Below, piece by piece: positions 13,701 through 26,439 of a DNA stretch of 64,000 nt. Made by a program: the position numbers and the translations under genes. Within the stretch, counting starts at the first letter, position 1. Each line of letters starts with the position of its first letter. The notes beneath the pieces are model-generated. The model had not been told where the DNA came from. It searched no databases and was given only the letters and a program-made list of their open reading frames with translations. This DNA is from Selaginella moellendorffii (lineage: Eukaryota > Plantae > Lycopodiophyta), in assembly GCF_000143415.4 (NCBI RefSeq), contig NW_003314288.1, positions 1,058,047-1,122,046 of the forward strand, written 5' to 3'.

Positions 13701-15049
13701 NNNNNNNNNNNNNNNNNNNNNNNNNNNNNNNNNNNNNNAAGATTCTATATGAAGTTATATAACCGTTTGAAAGGAAATAGAAACTGTTGATGTAAGATTG
13801 TTACATATTAAAGAGAGACTTAGTTTTTCTTTAAATTACATTCTTGAAGGGTTTGTTATAGCATAGTATTTAGAATTTATAAATCTTCATTTGCACTCTT
13901 AGTCAAAAAGAGGGAAATACATACAAATGTTTGTGGATTTTAATGTTAGTAATTTTAACTCTTGTAATTTTTCTTCCCAAAGTAGTAAAAGCTATAATAA
14001 TTGTCCCATTACACAACATAGCTAAACCATATAAGAGAAAAAAAGAGAGGATAGTGAATATAGTGATCACAAGTTAGAGATAAATGCAATAATAGAAGGT
14101 GTAATAAGTTGGGTGAAAAAGAATGCTCTCCTACTTGTTTTAGAAAATTGCAATTCCATGACTTTAAGAAATGCTTTATATGTTTTCTGGCTTCCCGTGG
14201 AAACAATAGTGACGATTAGTATCACGGTATATATGCTCCCATGACACACTACAATACACACATAAAAGATTACTATGAAATATTTTTTGAGGTGGTAAAG
14301 ATAGAAATAGAGACACACAAGTATTATGTGCAATATTGCAAAAAGAACACTTGCAAGTATATAAAATAAAAATTATGTTTTTTATTAATTATATAAAGTA
14401 TAATAATTTTATATTAGTGATAGAGAATAAATATCAATAGTCTTAGAAAATTTAGTTAGTTCCAAAAGTCTTTTACAACTCAGCAATAGTAAAATTTACT
14501 TGGTGTATATGAATATCCATTTTAGGATCCTAGTGCAACATGTTGAAGATATAATACATATGCTTGCAAGGAGTATATACCTTCTTATGTTCCTTTTGGT
14601 TCATAAAGTTTGGACATATGAAAGAAGGAAGGTTTTGAATGATAATTATATACTCTCCACCTTTTGTTTTCATAGTGTACTCCTTTGCTAGCATAGTGAT
14701 ATACTTCATAGGGAAAATCTCACACTCAAGCGTTAAGCTAAATTTATTTTACTTTACTTCTGCTTATAGATGGTACTAATAAATTTAATTGCCTTACCTT
14801 TTTTTGTTGGCCTTTTATGCATCTCTGTGGAAATAGTATTAGTTTTGTCACTTATATTTCCAACTCTTCTCCTTTCAAGATTGAAACCAAATTTCTCAAG
14901 GTTTTCAATTTCATCTGAGGTGAGTGCAACCGCACTAGCAACTAACTATTCTTTAGGTACTATATTAGGTTTTGTCACTATAATGTCTTCAAACCATTTC
15001 ATATGGTTGGCATTAATGTTATAACAATACAACCAACACCCCCATGGTA

Positions 15050-16153
15050 AACATTTTGAAGATAAAGAGGTGCTCCTATTCACTAATGACTTGATTTGGA
15101 AATAAACTCTTTTGGATAAACTCATAAATACAAGTCTATTTTTAGTTCAAGGATAGAGTTGATTTTTGACTATAGCTTCCCCTCTCGAGATTCACATATC
15201 CAAGATTTTATCCTAAATAAAACAAAATGTAAGAGAGATATTATTGAAATGTATATAATATTATTTTTCTACCTCATAAGGCTAGTTATAGGTTACATAC
15301 ACTGTAGTAACTCCCACAAGCTAGCCTCATTCAATTGAGTCTTTTTGCAGCCTAGATCAAGTAGGGTGCTTGTGATAAAATCCTTAGGCAATATCTTTTG
15401 AACATGTTTTGAAGTTGCAGATGAGTTTCTTACAATTTCTGCTTGCATAGCATCTTTAAAATGGTTGATTAAACTCCTTTGTATCCCTTCCTACATTAGA
15501 TGTGCATGTGTGCCAATATATATTATAACCTCTCCATCTTGTGGAAGAAAGTAGTACATCACGGCTTCACAAATAGCATGATACGATAGAGCATTTTTGC
15601 AAAATTAATATTTGAATCCAACACCAATGATGTCATGAATGGGAGGATTGATTGTAGATCCTTCAAAAGATATAAAAATTTTACCACACTCTTGATTGCA
15701 TGCTTCATTCACACAATCTAAATATCTATTACAATGAACTATAGATACTATGCCTTCAAAATGCTGAAAGTGTGTGGTCTTAATCTTGTACAAATTATGG
15801 ATATTTTTCTTAGTTTCCATCCCCTTTTGTTTTGAGTTGACAAAAGATGGTAATTCAAAGAAGATGTTGCCATTGTATGTGGATAGGAGCTTGCTTATGG
15901 GCTTATGCAAAAATGAACGTACGTCGATAAAGAAGTAGGAAAATTGGAAAGCATTGCAAACAATTTTGAATATTGGTGAAGTTAAAGTTGGCAGATTCAT
16001 GGCTAGCATTGAACTGGCATCTACATTAGAACTAAAAGAGGAGGAAATGATGACGACCGACTCTTGCTTCATATTTGTTTTGGCATGATTGCAGCCTCGC
16101 ACTTTGATAGGAGATCCAAAAACTCGAATCTCCTTGGACTTGGAACATTGCAA
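15050..16153 (-). pseudogene. Degraded MULE-type transposase N-terminus with a GCM-like Cys/His domain
   Basis: ORF 15605-16153 (LLSTYNGNIFFELP...GME...KIKTT...VHCNRYLDCVNEAC) continues past stops as KY*FCK...AICEAVMY, resembling GCM/WRKY-like Zn domains of MULE transposases. Confidence 0.4.
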
Positions 16154-18269
16154 ATCCCAATACTATCCACCTTCACCCACACCCAAAAGAAGAAACTCCA
16201 ATAATTCAACTACACTAGTGTTGTTGCGAATCACAACCTCCAATGATACAGAACCGAGAGAGAGATTGAAACGTCGGCAAAGAAAACTTTCTGAAACAAG
16301 ATTTTGGGAGAAAAAAAGTAGTGGCTCGGTGATTTTGGTAATGCAGAAGAAAGCTCTCCATTTTGTTACCTTTAGGGTTTTTAGAAGTCTGAACTTTTAT
16401 TATAAGAACTGTCAAATGTATAAAAAAGAATTATGTNNNNNNNNNNNNNNNNNNNNNNNNNNNNNNNNNNNNNNNNNNNNNNNNNNNNNNNNNNNNNNNN
16501 NNNNNNNNNNNNNNNNNNNNNNNNNNNNNNNNNNNNNNNNNNNNNNNNNNNNNNNNNNNNNNNNNNNNNNNNNNNNNNNNNNNNNNNNNNNNNNNNNNNN
16601 NNNNNNNNNNNNNNNNNNNNNNNNNNNNNNNNNNNNNNNNNNNNNNNNNNNNNNNNNNNNNNNNNNNNNNNNNNNNAAGGGCGCCAGATTTTTGCGATAT
16701 GAGCTGGTACATATAGGATGATTTATTCTAGGGATTACTATTGATCAATTGTTGCAAAAAAAAATTACAATATAAAGATCTTAGTCTTAAATATTGTATA
16801 TATATTCAGTACTTGATTAAGCTAGAAATCATCACATTCTTCTGTACTCGTTTCAATTTATTCCATTTGTATACTACCATCTATCACCTATAGTAAATTA
16901 TCTGTCATATTACTTTGGAAATAACACCTTTATATGACAAGAATAATATAAATATGTAAAATAAGAAAAATAATTATATAGATTTAAGATTTTAAGAACC
17001 TTATATTTTATGACAAGATTCTATGACATGCAAGAAAACACATAATTCTCATTTATAATTTTGTACTGTGATCAATTCCACACATGCAGCTGTTAGATTA
17101 TTTCCACATTATGGCACAGTCATATTATGGCGCACCTCTATTATTAGGTTATAACTCAAAAGGACTTTGTCATATCATCAAATCTAGGAAGGAGTAGAAG
17201 TTGTAGATTGCTAGCATATAATTATAGAAAGAAATGGACATATGAGATTTACTCCACCCACAATGAACGGCTGTGATGAAAAGTTAGGGTTAAGATAGCC
17301 ACTAGCATTAGCTTTTTTACAGAAAGTAGAGTGGGAGATTTGGAGCAACTCAATGGGATCTATCGACATGAAGAACAATGCCACCAAGAGTAAGTCATTT
17401 TATTTCTTCTTCTCCCCCTCATAGCATCACCTCAATCTGCATCACTCAACAACACCTCCTCACACACCACCGCCCCATTGCCTCTACGCTTGTAGTATGA
17501 ACTAGGCTGTGCAAGTTGAGATGGCACACCACGTGGCCTAGGTTGAGAGCCTTGGTGCACCATGTGGGCCCCATAGCATGGGTCAAGATTGAGACCATGC
17601 TATAAGCTATAAATTTTTCCTTTCTAGTTTGCCAACTTACCTTGTTTATTTGACCACCACTACCTTGGCTTTAATTAAGTTTCCTCGCCAAAGTTCTCAC
17701 CTATTGTATTAGCTCCTATTTGGGCCTACTCAATTTCAGCTACTCACTACATAAGTAATGAAGTGTTAGCCATCCATCCATGGATACCTAATTTCTCTCC
17801 TAATCCCTCTCCCCAAGTGTAACACGCCTGTATTTAGAGCCAAACTCCAAGCCCGTTGCACTACGAAATGAGGGTTTGATATAATCCCACAGGCACCAGC
17901 TACCCATATCCAACACTACACGCATAATTGTGTTAGATAGTGTCTGGCATGATTTTGGCATACCAATGGTCTAATGTAAGGAGGAGGGTACCCCACCAAC
18001 TAAAGTAATATGGAACTTAGGCTTTGACCCAAACTAGACACAGAACAAGGAGTGATACAGCTTAGTGAGAGCCAAACTAATGTCTCAAGTGGTTGGACAT
18101 GCATTCTAACCACTATCCCTATTATACATTTAAGAACCCTTCATATCCCCCACCCCCGCCCCCCGCCCCNNNNNNNNNNNNNNNNNNNNNNNNNNNNNNN
18201 NNNNNNNNNNNNNNNNNNNNNNNNNNNNNNNNNNNNNNNNNNNNNNNNNNNNNNNNNNNNNNNNNNNNN

Positions 18270-18810
18270 CTAGTTCCGTTCGTGTCTTTAGAAAAGAAGT
18301 CCTTAGTACCAGGAGTAGTCTCTGGGACAAGCTCAAAACTTACTAAATATGGAATGTCCCTAGATAGCAAATTTGGACACAAGATGAACACCATTGTGTT
18401 CAGGATAAGCTCAACATTCCGTAGATACTTTCCATAAATAGCATTTAGGACCGAAATAAGATTAACATAAAGGGCATGATAGCGAGGGTGTTTGGAAGGC
18501 ATGGTAAGCTATCATATAGTGATATAGGACTAGACTTAACATGCAAGGGTTCTTGCCAAGCCAGTGCAAGACAGAGCAAAAGAGAATTAAGAGCCAAGCC
18601 GAGAATGCTCAACTAAAAACACATAGGAGTTCTTAACTTATGTTCATCTTGCTAAGTACAGATGCTAAGCCCAATTAACTAACACTTGGACAAGAAGGGC
18701 TACTGAAAGGAACCAGCAGTACCAACCTCCTACCGTTATGGTAGTAAAGAAAGAGTGTCCATAAGGACTAGCCGATAAGTATCTTTTGATACCTGAAGTC
18801 ACATTTGCGA
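18270..18810 (+). mobile_element. Retroelement-derived interspersed repeat; inverted relative at ~57655-58175
   Basis: AATTTGGACACAAGATGAACACCATTGTGTTCA and CCAGCAGTACCAACCTCCTACCGTTATGGTAGTAA match the reverse complement of 57660-58170 with scattered mismatches. Confidence 0.6.
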
Positions 18811-19485
18811 CACTCTTTCCTCCTTAGGGAAGATCGACGTCCTCATCGATGCATACTTGAGTCTAGCAAACCATTAAGGAAACAACTCCAAAAGTTAATG
18901 GAAAACACACTATGTGGGAAACACACTGACTTAAATGAGTTATGGAGCTACCTCCCCTCTTTGTCCAAAGACATTAAGATTGAGACACCCTCCAGCTGTC
19001 ACCAACAAGGAAATGACTAATGGAGTTAGCCACCCTTGCTGCTCCAAGTACCACTAGGCTTACAAAGAAATAATACATCCCTACCTATAGGGACATAGGA
19101 AGAGGGCTAGAGGCCCAGCTACCTTTGAGCAAGAAATCAACCCTGTCAGGAAAATTTAGACAACTATTATAAACTAGCAGATTAAGTTGTTTACATGACT
19201 ATGCCCCTTTCAAAAATGAGTCATTGAGAGAGAGGTGGGGAGTTGTGATCAGTCTATATTAGTTACCCCCATGGTTATAGATTGAACTCATGCACTAAAG
19301 TGCTAAAGTCAGGCCGCCAAAACTGGTCAGGCTGCCAAATGAATGAGAGAAATGAAATTTTGATTATAGAAATATATTACTTTATTGATTTGCAAGATTT
19401 ATTACAAGGTTTATAAAAACTAGTCTTTTTTACAATTCTCATACTCCATGACAAGCTCACGAGCATGTGTAAGGTTTTTAAGAGG

Positions 19486-19679
19486 TGTAAGCAACTAAAG
19501 GGAACGACTCGAGAGACGGTCCATGGGGTTCAAATATAGAGGGAAAGGGCCCATGAACAAGAGTGCACCCCCTTTTCCAATCGGTTAAGGGTCTTGGGAT
19601 ATTTGGGATTAAGCGTCCTTGGGTTTGAATAGTACTGGGCTGGGTGACCTCCCGGGAAGTCCAAACTCAGGAGCTTACA
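19486..19679 (+). mobile_element. Solo LTR carrying a 5S rRNA-derived segment (Cassandra-like), 194 bp, TSD AGAGG
   Basis: Ends are TGTAAGC...GCTTACA, flanked by AGAGG at 19481-19485 and 19680-19684. Removing it restores the host chromodomain frame WEPLKNL. Confidence 0.88.
19609..19662 (+). other. 5S rRNA-derived internal promoter segment (A-box/IE/C-box region); not a full 5S gene
   Basis: TTAAGCGTCCTTGGGTTTGAATAGTACTGGGCTGGGTGACCTCCCGGGAAGTCC aligns to the 3' half of plant 5S rRNA (TTAAGCGTGCTTGGGCGAGAGTAGTACTAGGATGGGTGACCTCCTGGGAAGTCC). Confidence 0.88.
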
Positions 19680-21539
19680 AGAGGTTCCCAAGTTGATTCA
19701 CAAATCAGGTAACCTTTCCGCTTAACTAGATATTCCTTCGCATGAGCCCATCTTTGAAACTAAGAATCCAAGATAGTTTTAGCTTCATACTCAAGTTCAC
19801 CATCAATGACCACTAGTGGAGGAAGAATGTCCATAGAGCGTTCCACAACAGCATTATATGGTGCCAATAAACTGATATGAAACACATCATGTATATGGGA
19901 TAACTCATCTGGAAGATCCAACTTATAGGATACATCACCAACTTGCTTTAATACTTGCTAGGGCCCAACATATCTTGGTAACAACTTTCAAGATAAAAAT
20001 CCCTTTACATTTAAGTTTCGGGACGATAGCCACACTTGATCTCCCACTTGATAGAATATATCTCGACGATGCTGATCTTTATCACATCAATACCTATCTT
20101 GAGCTTTGCCCATTGCCTTAGTAGCTCTAGACCAACCTTGGCATAGCTGCTCCACATAAGTCTCAATGGCCAAGACTAACACTTTGGATATTGGTTTCGG
20201 TACAACAATTTATTAAAGCACCCCACAAGCATTCCCTTGCAACATCTCCCATGGAGAACAGCTAATAGCGTTGTGAAATGTGTTGTTATAATAGATTTTT
20301 GTTGTGTCTAAATGCTCAATCCAATCATATTGGTCTACTGCGACATAGTACCACAGATAATCTTCAACTTGAGCATTCACACGTTCAGTTTGCCCATCAA
20401 TTTGAAGATGATGAGCCATACTAAACTTCAACTTTGTACTGAACAACTAGAACAGTGTGCCCCAAAACTTCCCTGTAAATCTCAAATCTCTATTCGAGAT
20501 TATCTCTTTAGGAAGAACATAAACTTATACTACTTCATGGAAAAAGAGTTTTGCTGCTTGCTTCGTATTCACTATTTCCATAGTTGGAATGAAGTGTGAT
20601 TTTTTTGATAACCGATCACAACCACCATCAAAGTATCATAACCCTTAGACTTCGGTAAGTAAGTGATGAAATCAAGTGTCACACTTTGAAATGGCCATGC
20701 TTGTGCTGAAATGCATTACAACTTTCTAGCCTGCTTCTTAGTTCTATGCTTACATTGCTAGCATATAGTGTAGGAACAAATATAGTCTACTACATTACCT
20801 TCCATACCATACTAAGAAAATCCCTTTCTCAATGAAGCAAGAGTCTTTTATTTTCCACCATGTCCCACTGCCAGAATGTCATGATGTTTCTATAGAAACA
20901 ACTATTGCAGATCCTTAAAGGGAAGATATAATTTTTCTTACTTATAGAATATAAGCCCATCCCAAATTGAGAAGTGAAGCTTCGCATTCACACAACTAGC
21001 AACTTTTGCCCTTTTGCTCCAGGGTTCTACTTCAACAACTTTGCACGGTGCAAGATTGCATTTGCCAATGGATCATTTCCATATGAAACCCTAACATCCT
21101 CCAACCAATCCAAACTAATTGCCAATATTACTTGGAACTAAGCCTGACAACTCAACATATCTTATACTATGAAGCCTCAAGAGCAGAACCTTCCTTCCAC
21201 CCTCTATTTTTTATCACCTTGTTTATTCCTAAAATTCTTATTCTTGTCCAAGGTACCAACATACGGCTGTTGATACTATTCCATGAGCGAGTGGCTAAAG
21301 GCAACTTGCAGTGTTGCCTCCTTACACTCTAGGTACATCTTCGGCTTAAACTTCAAAATCTCATTACGAGAAAGTGAACTTAAACTTTTCGAGAAATAAC
21401 TTTGAGCATTTTCGTCACTCATATTTGCAATCATAATGCGCTTCTGAGCAAACACATTAATGTAATGCATAATGTCTTCTTACTGCTTCAACCACTGTAG
21501 CTCCGCACAAAGTCTCAGACCATCATAGGATAAAATTTG

Positions 21540-22225
21540 GATCTATTGTCACTGTGGATCTTTGGAACCTTGAGGGATAAATGGGGATAAAATAGCCACT
21601 TTTCTAGTTGGCTTAAGGGGAGAGAGATAGGGTGCGCTACATAGATGATCTTCACATGTGCTATCAACACCCCCCTATGGGACAAATACTTTGGGCTTTC
21701 ACCCCACAACATATATTAGTATTTGGACTCGGTCTCAAATTCGATCTCAAACTTGATCTCAAATTCGACCTTAGCCTCGATCTTGGACTCAATCTCATAC
21801 CTAACCTCAAACTCTGTCTCGGACTTGGCCTCAGACCTGATTTCGGATCTCGGAGTTGGTCTCGAACTTGGTCTTAGAGTCGGTCTTAGACTCAATCTTG
21901 GACTCAATTTCGAACTCAATCTTGGAGTCGATTTTAGACTTGATCTTAGACTCAGTCTTATCCGATGAACTCTTTATCATTTCGATCGTGATTTTAGGGA
22001 TATTTTAGCCTACAACACCTCGGAGAGTTGGTTCTTTATAACTCCACCACCCATAGAAGAAGTTTAATGCCCATATCAAATGTATCTTTTTAATCCTACG
22101 ACTTGTTGACCATGTTTTCAAGGGCATCCCCCCACTTAGCGGTGTGTCTAAGTTAGCCTCCCCAGCCAAGAGCCTATGACATTGGGATATAAGTGTCTCT
22201 ATACCCCTCACCTCACCACACCTTT
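21540..22225 (-). mobile_element. Fragment (3' UTR, PPT, LTR start with hexamer repeats) of the same family as the 48093-56087 chromovirus
   Basis: The reverse complement reads ATGGGTGGTGGAGTTATAAAGAACCAACTCTCCGAGGTG followed by GAG-NNN hexamers, matching 54421-54440 and 48093-48410. Confidence 0.8.
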
Positions 22226-22229
22226 ATTA

Positions 22230-25200
22230 TGATCCAGCACAAAAAGACAGAGATCTAGTCACCCTAGAGTATGCTACACTACCTCTTGAGGTTCCTGACC
22301 ACCTAACCACCCCTGAGCTACCTCAAAAGCTCCATTGTGAGCCCTAGGGTAGGTTAAGTCCTCTACCATAACATGCCTTAATATACCCTTGAGCCTCCCT
22401 TTGACCAATATTGACCACGTGGTCAAAGCTGGCGCCTAACAATTCTTCCCCTCCAACAAAGTCTTTGTCCCAAGGACGAGTTGTACCTGGTGAACACCCT
22501 TTCTGGGGAACCTTGCTCAAGCTCCTGGTCCATCTTCCATAGGCGTATACATCAAGGAGGCATTGGGCCTATCACTCCGAGATAGTATACCTTTCAATTG
22601 GCTGATATAAAATACCAGATGAATTTTCACCCTAGCTAGCAGCTGCACCCGATATGTCGCTTTACCAATGCGCTCCAGCACTTTATATGGACTAACATAT
22701 TGGTGGGAAAGTTGTCACTCTTCCCTATCTGTAAAGGCACTAAGGTATTCCGCTGCTCACTTGACGAAAAGATCACTTGCACAAAGATGAGATCACCCAC
22801 CTTATATTCCTGGAATTGGTGATGCTCATTAGTAAACTTCTCCACTCTATCCTGAGCTACCTACAAATTCTGTTTGCACACCACTAGAATCTCATCAAGT
22901 TCTGTGGGCAAATTAGTCGCCTCTGAATCAAGCTTATTTTGAATGTCCTTACTCAAATGCAATTTTTAACTCCACCGTGGTTCGGAGATGCCTTCCAAAC
23001 ATGGCATAGTAAGGAATTAGCTTTGTTCCATAGTGTTGACTATTGTTGTAAGCAAATTTCACCAACAAAAGATATAGATCCTATCGTCCTTGCCTTTGAC
23101 CAATGCTACCTCCACCACCTTTGACCAACGCTACGCTACCTTGGTAGCATATCCTCTACCACCTGATTCACATGCTTAGTTTGCCCATCCGTCTGAGGAT
23201 GATCTCCACTCGAGAGTTTCAAAGTCACTTGCATAGTCTTCACAAAGCTCTTCCAAAATCCACTTGTGAACTTTGAATCTCGATCAATAATGATATCCTC
23301 CAGCAAATCAAAATCAAGAAAAACCTTCTCCAAATAGACCGCAGCCAAATTTGAGGCAATGATAGTCTTCCGAAGAGCCAACAATCACACATACTTCCAT
23401 AGTGTTGACTTGGTGATGCTCATTAGTAAACTTCTTTACTCTATCTTGAGCTGCCTGCAAATTCTGTTTGCACACCACTAGAATCTCATCAAGTTTTGTG
23501 GCCAAATTAGTCGCCTCTGAATCAAGCTTATCTTGAATGTCCTTACTCAAATGCAATCTTAACTCCACCGTGGTTCGGGGATGCCTTCCAAACATGGCAT
23601 AGTAAGGAATTAGCTTTATTCCATAGTGTTGACTATTGTTGTAAGCAAATTGCACCAACAAAAGATATAAATCCTATCGTCCTTGCCTTTGACTAATACT
23701 ACCTCCACCACCTTTGACCAACGCTACGCTACCTTGGTAGCATATCCTCTACCACCTGATTCACACACTTGGTTTGCCCATCCGTCTGAGGATGATTTCC
23801 ACTCGAGAGTTTCAAAGTCACTTGCATAGCCTTCACAAAGCTCTTCCAAAATCCATTTGTGAACTTTGAATCTCGATCAATAATGATATCCTCCAACAAC
23901 GAGAAAAACCTTCTCTAAATAGACCGCAGCCAAATTTGAGGTAGTGATAGTCTTCTGAAGAGCCAACAATCACACATACTTCGTCAACCGATCCATTATG
24001 ACCCATACTTGCTCCTTTTGCCTCTATGTTCATGGCAAACAAGTGATGAAGTTCATAGTGATAGTACACCAACGGCTCCGAGGAATAGGTAAAGGTTGCA
24101 AAAGTCCCCCAGCTTCTCCCGTGGCACCTTAACTTGCTGACAAAGCTCATATGATTTACAATATTCGAGGATATCAACTTTTATATTCCTCCAATAAAAA
24201 TTGCACTTAATCAACTCATATGTCTTCTTCCCCCCAAAATGACCGGCCTTTGGATGATCATGATAGTGGAATAAAACTTGAGTAATTAACGCATCCACCC
24301 ATGGCAAATAGACATGGCTATTGTAGTAGAGAATCCCATCCACCAATGACAAAAGGGCTTCCATCTGGTTTAGCAAAGAGGCCACCTCAGCATCCTGAGC
24401 CTGAGCACGCTCAACCAACTGCCCAAATTCACTAACCACCTTACTCAAATGATGACAAAACTGTGTTTGTAATGCTGTCACATGATGAATATGAGATAAA
24501 GCATTCGCCACCACATTTGATTTCCCAAACGATGCTCAATAGGAAACTCCCAAAATTCCATGAATTTGACCATCCAACAAGCTTGCCTAGTGTTCAACTC
24601 CTTCTGTGTGAAAAGATACACAAGTGGTTTGTAATCCGTCAATACCACGAACACTACATTATAAAAATAGTGCTACTACGTCTGCAAAGCATGAACAATA
24701 GAGAGCTCTGTAGGATTCAAAGTTTAACTATCATATGCAATAGGCTGTCCCTCTTGCATGAGAACTCCTCCTAGTGCATAACCACTCCCATCACATGTGA
24801 CCTCGTAAGGTTTTGATGGATCAGTAATGTGAAACACTGGAGCTTCATTCAACAATTGTTTCAACACCACAAAACTCTCCTCTTGTGGCTTCTTCCACTC
24901 GAATGGCATGTTCTTGCATAACAACTGTGTCAAAAGAATAGCCACCTCCGCAAACTTATGCTAAAAATGTCGGTAGTAACTAACCATACCAAGAAAACTG
25001 TGCAACTTAGCCATTATAGTCGGTGTAAGTTAGTTTTCCACCACAACCACCTTCCTTGAATTTGTTTTGACACCTTTAGATGTCACAATATGGCTTAGAT
25101 ATTCCACCTCCGACTTTGCAAACTCACATTTGCTCTTCTTCACATAAAGTTTGCTGTCATTGAGTAACAAAAGAACCTTGCACAAATGCATCCTATGCTC

Positions 25201-26430
25201 CTCCATATTTTTGTTGAAAACAAGAATATTATCCAAGAAAATTTCCATAAACTCATGAAGATAATGCCCAAAGACCTCTATCATCAATCGAGTAAATATG
25301 GCTAGTGCATTCATCAAACTAAATGGCATAACTATAAATTCAAAATGTCTGAAGCTTGTGTTGAATGTCGTCTTGGAGATAGATGTATCATCCATTGCAA
25401 TCTGATGACATCCACTCCTCAAATCAATCTTGGTAAACACTTGTGCTTCACCAAGCTTGTCTAAAATATCATCCACACATGGCATCGGCATTTTATCCTT
25501 CACCATCTTCTTGTTCAAGGCATGGTAGTCAATACACATTTGCATTGAACTGTCCTTTTTCACAAGCAAGACCGAAGCACCAAACGGAAACTTACTTGGC
25601 TGAATAAATCCAAACTCAAGTAAGTCCTTGACTTGTCGTTGAACTTCTTGCTTCTCGGCATAACTCAACTGAAATGGATGCTAGTAAATTGGCTGCGTCC
25701 CCGGCTCCAACATAATCCCATGCTCCACACCTAGTAATGGAGGCAATCCATGAGGAAGTTTAGAGGGAAAAACATTAGAGAATTCTTTGAGTATAGTTTG
25801 CACTACTGCCTGTCCTCCATACATGGCTTGGTCCCCAAGTCACGAATAAACAGCAAGTAACTCGAAAGTCCTTTTCCATTACGACAAGCCCGCTTCATAG
25901 ATGTAGCGGAGAGCATAACAACTGGAGGTTGAACTCCCACTCTAAACCACACATCTTTAACACCACAATACTCTAGTGAGACATGCTTAATACTCCACTT
26001 TATCTTTGGATCCACCTTCACCAACTATGGCATCTCAAGAATGAAATTCACACGATGGATATCTGTGAGATAAAATGTCTCCACAAGTGTGGTTTTGGCA
26101 ACCAACACTTCCAACCCCTCGACACAAGCATTGAAATGCTGCATAGAGGTAGCTGCACCTTCCATTATGTATAGAAGAACTCCTCGTGTGACCAGGCCAT
26201 GCTCCGCAACAAACTTTGCCGAAACTAAGTTATTATCACTCCCACTATCCAGGAAAATCCACACTGAACCGCCATGGAACATGCCCTCCAACATTAAAAC
26301 TGATTCATGAGTATCCTCGAGCTTCATCTTATTCCACACACAGTTGAGTTGACGAGCAACGATCGAAAGCCTCTTCCTCTGATCGGAATGGTTATCCCCA
26401 TCATCCTCACACTGCAAAGTATGCAATTTT
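22230..26430 (-). mobile_element. Degraded Ty3/gypsy element: ~212-bp LTR (22230-22441), PPT, protease, RT, RNase H, integrase
   Basis: FLDSGSDNN (protease); MCIDYHALNK, KIDLRSGCHQI and FLDNILVF (RT); CDGSGYALGGVL (RNase H); HDHPKAGHFG and HPQTDGQTK (integrase). PPT GGAGGGGAAGAAT precedes TGTTAGG. There is an internal ~590-bp tandem duplication (about 22820-23400 / 23410-23980). Confidence 0.9.
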
Positions 26431-26439
26431 TTAGTATCT

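Larger units (their letters stand above)
19420..21500 (-). mobile_element. Degraded Ty3/gypsy chromovirus (gag remnant, integrase, chromodomain; internally deleted)
   Basis: Integrase motifs HHLQIDGQTERVN and IHDVFHISLL; chromodomain EYEAKTILDS...EYLVKRKGY...STWEP|LKNLTHARELV; many stops. Confidence 0.85.

Noticed and set aside
16089-18502. ORFs spanning N runs (also near 55040 and 59920)
   Set aside because: Artefacts of translation through assembly gaps.
19609-19662. Functional 5S rRNA gene
   Set aside because: Only the 3' ~55 nt match; there is no 5' half or T-run terminator, and it lies inside an LTR.
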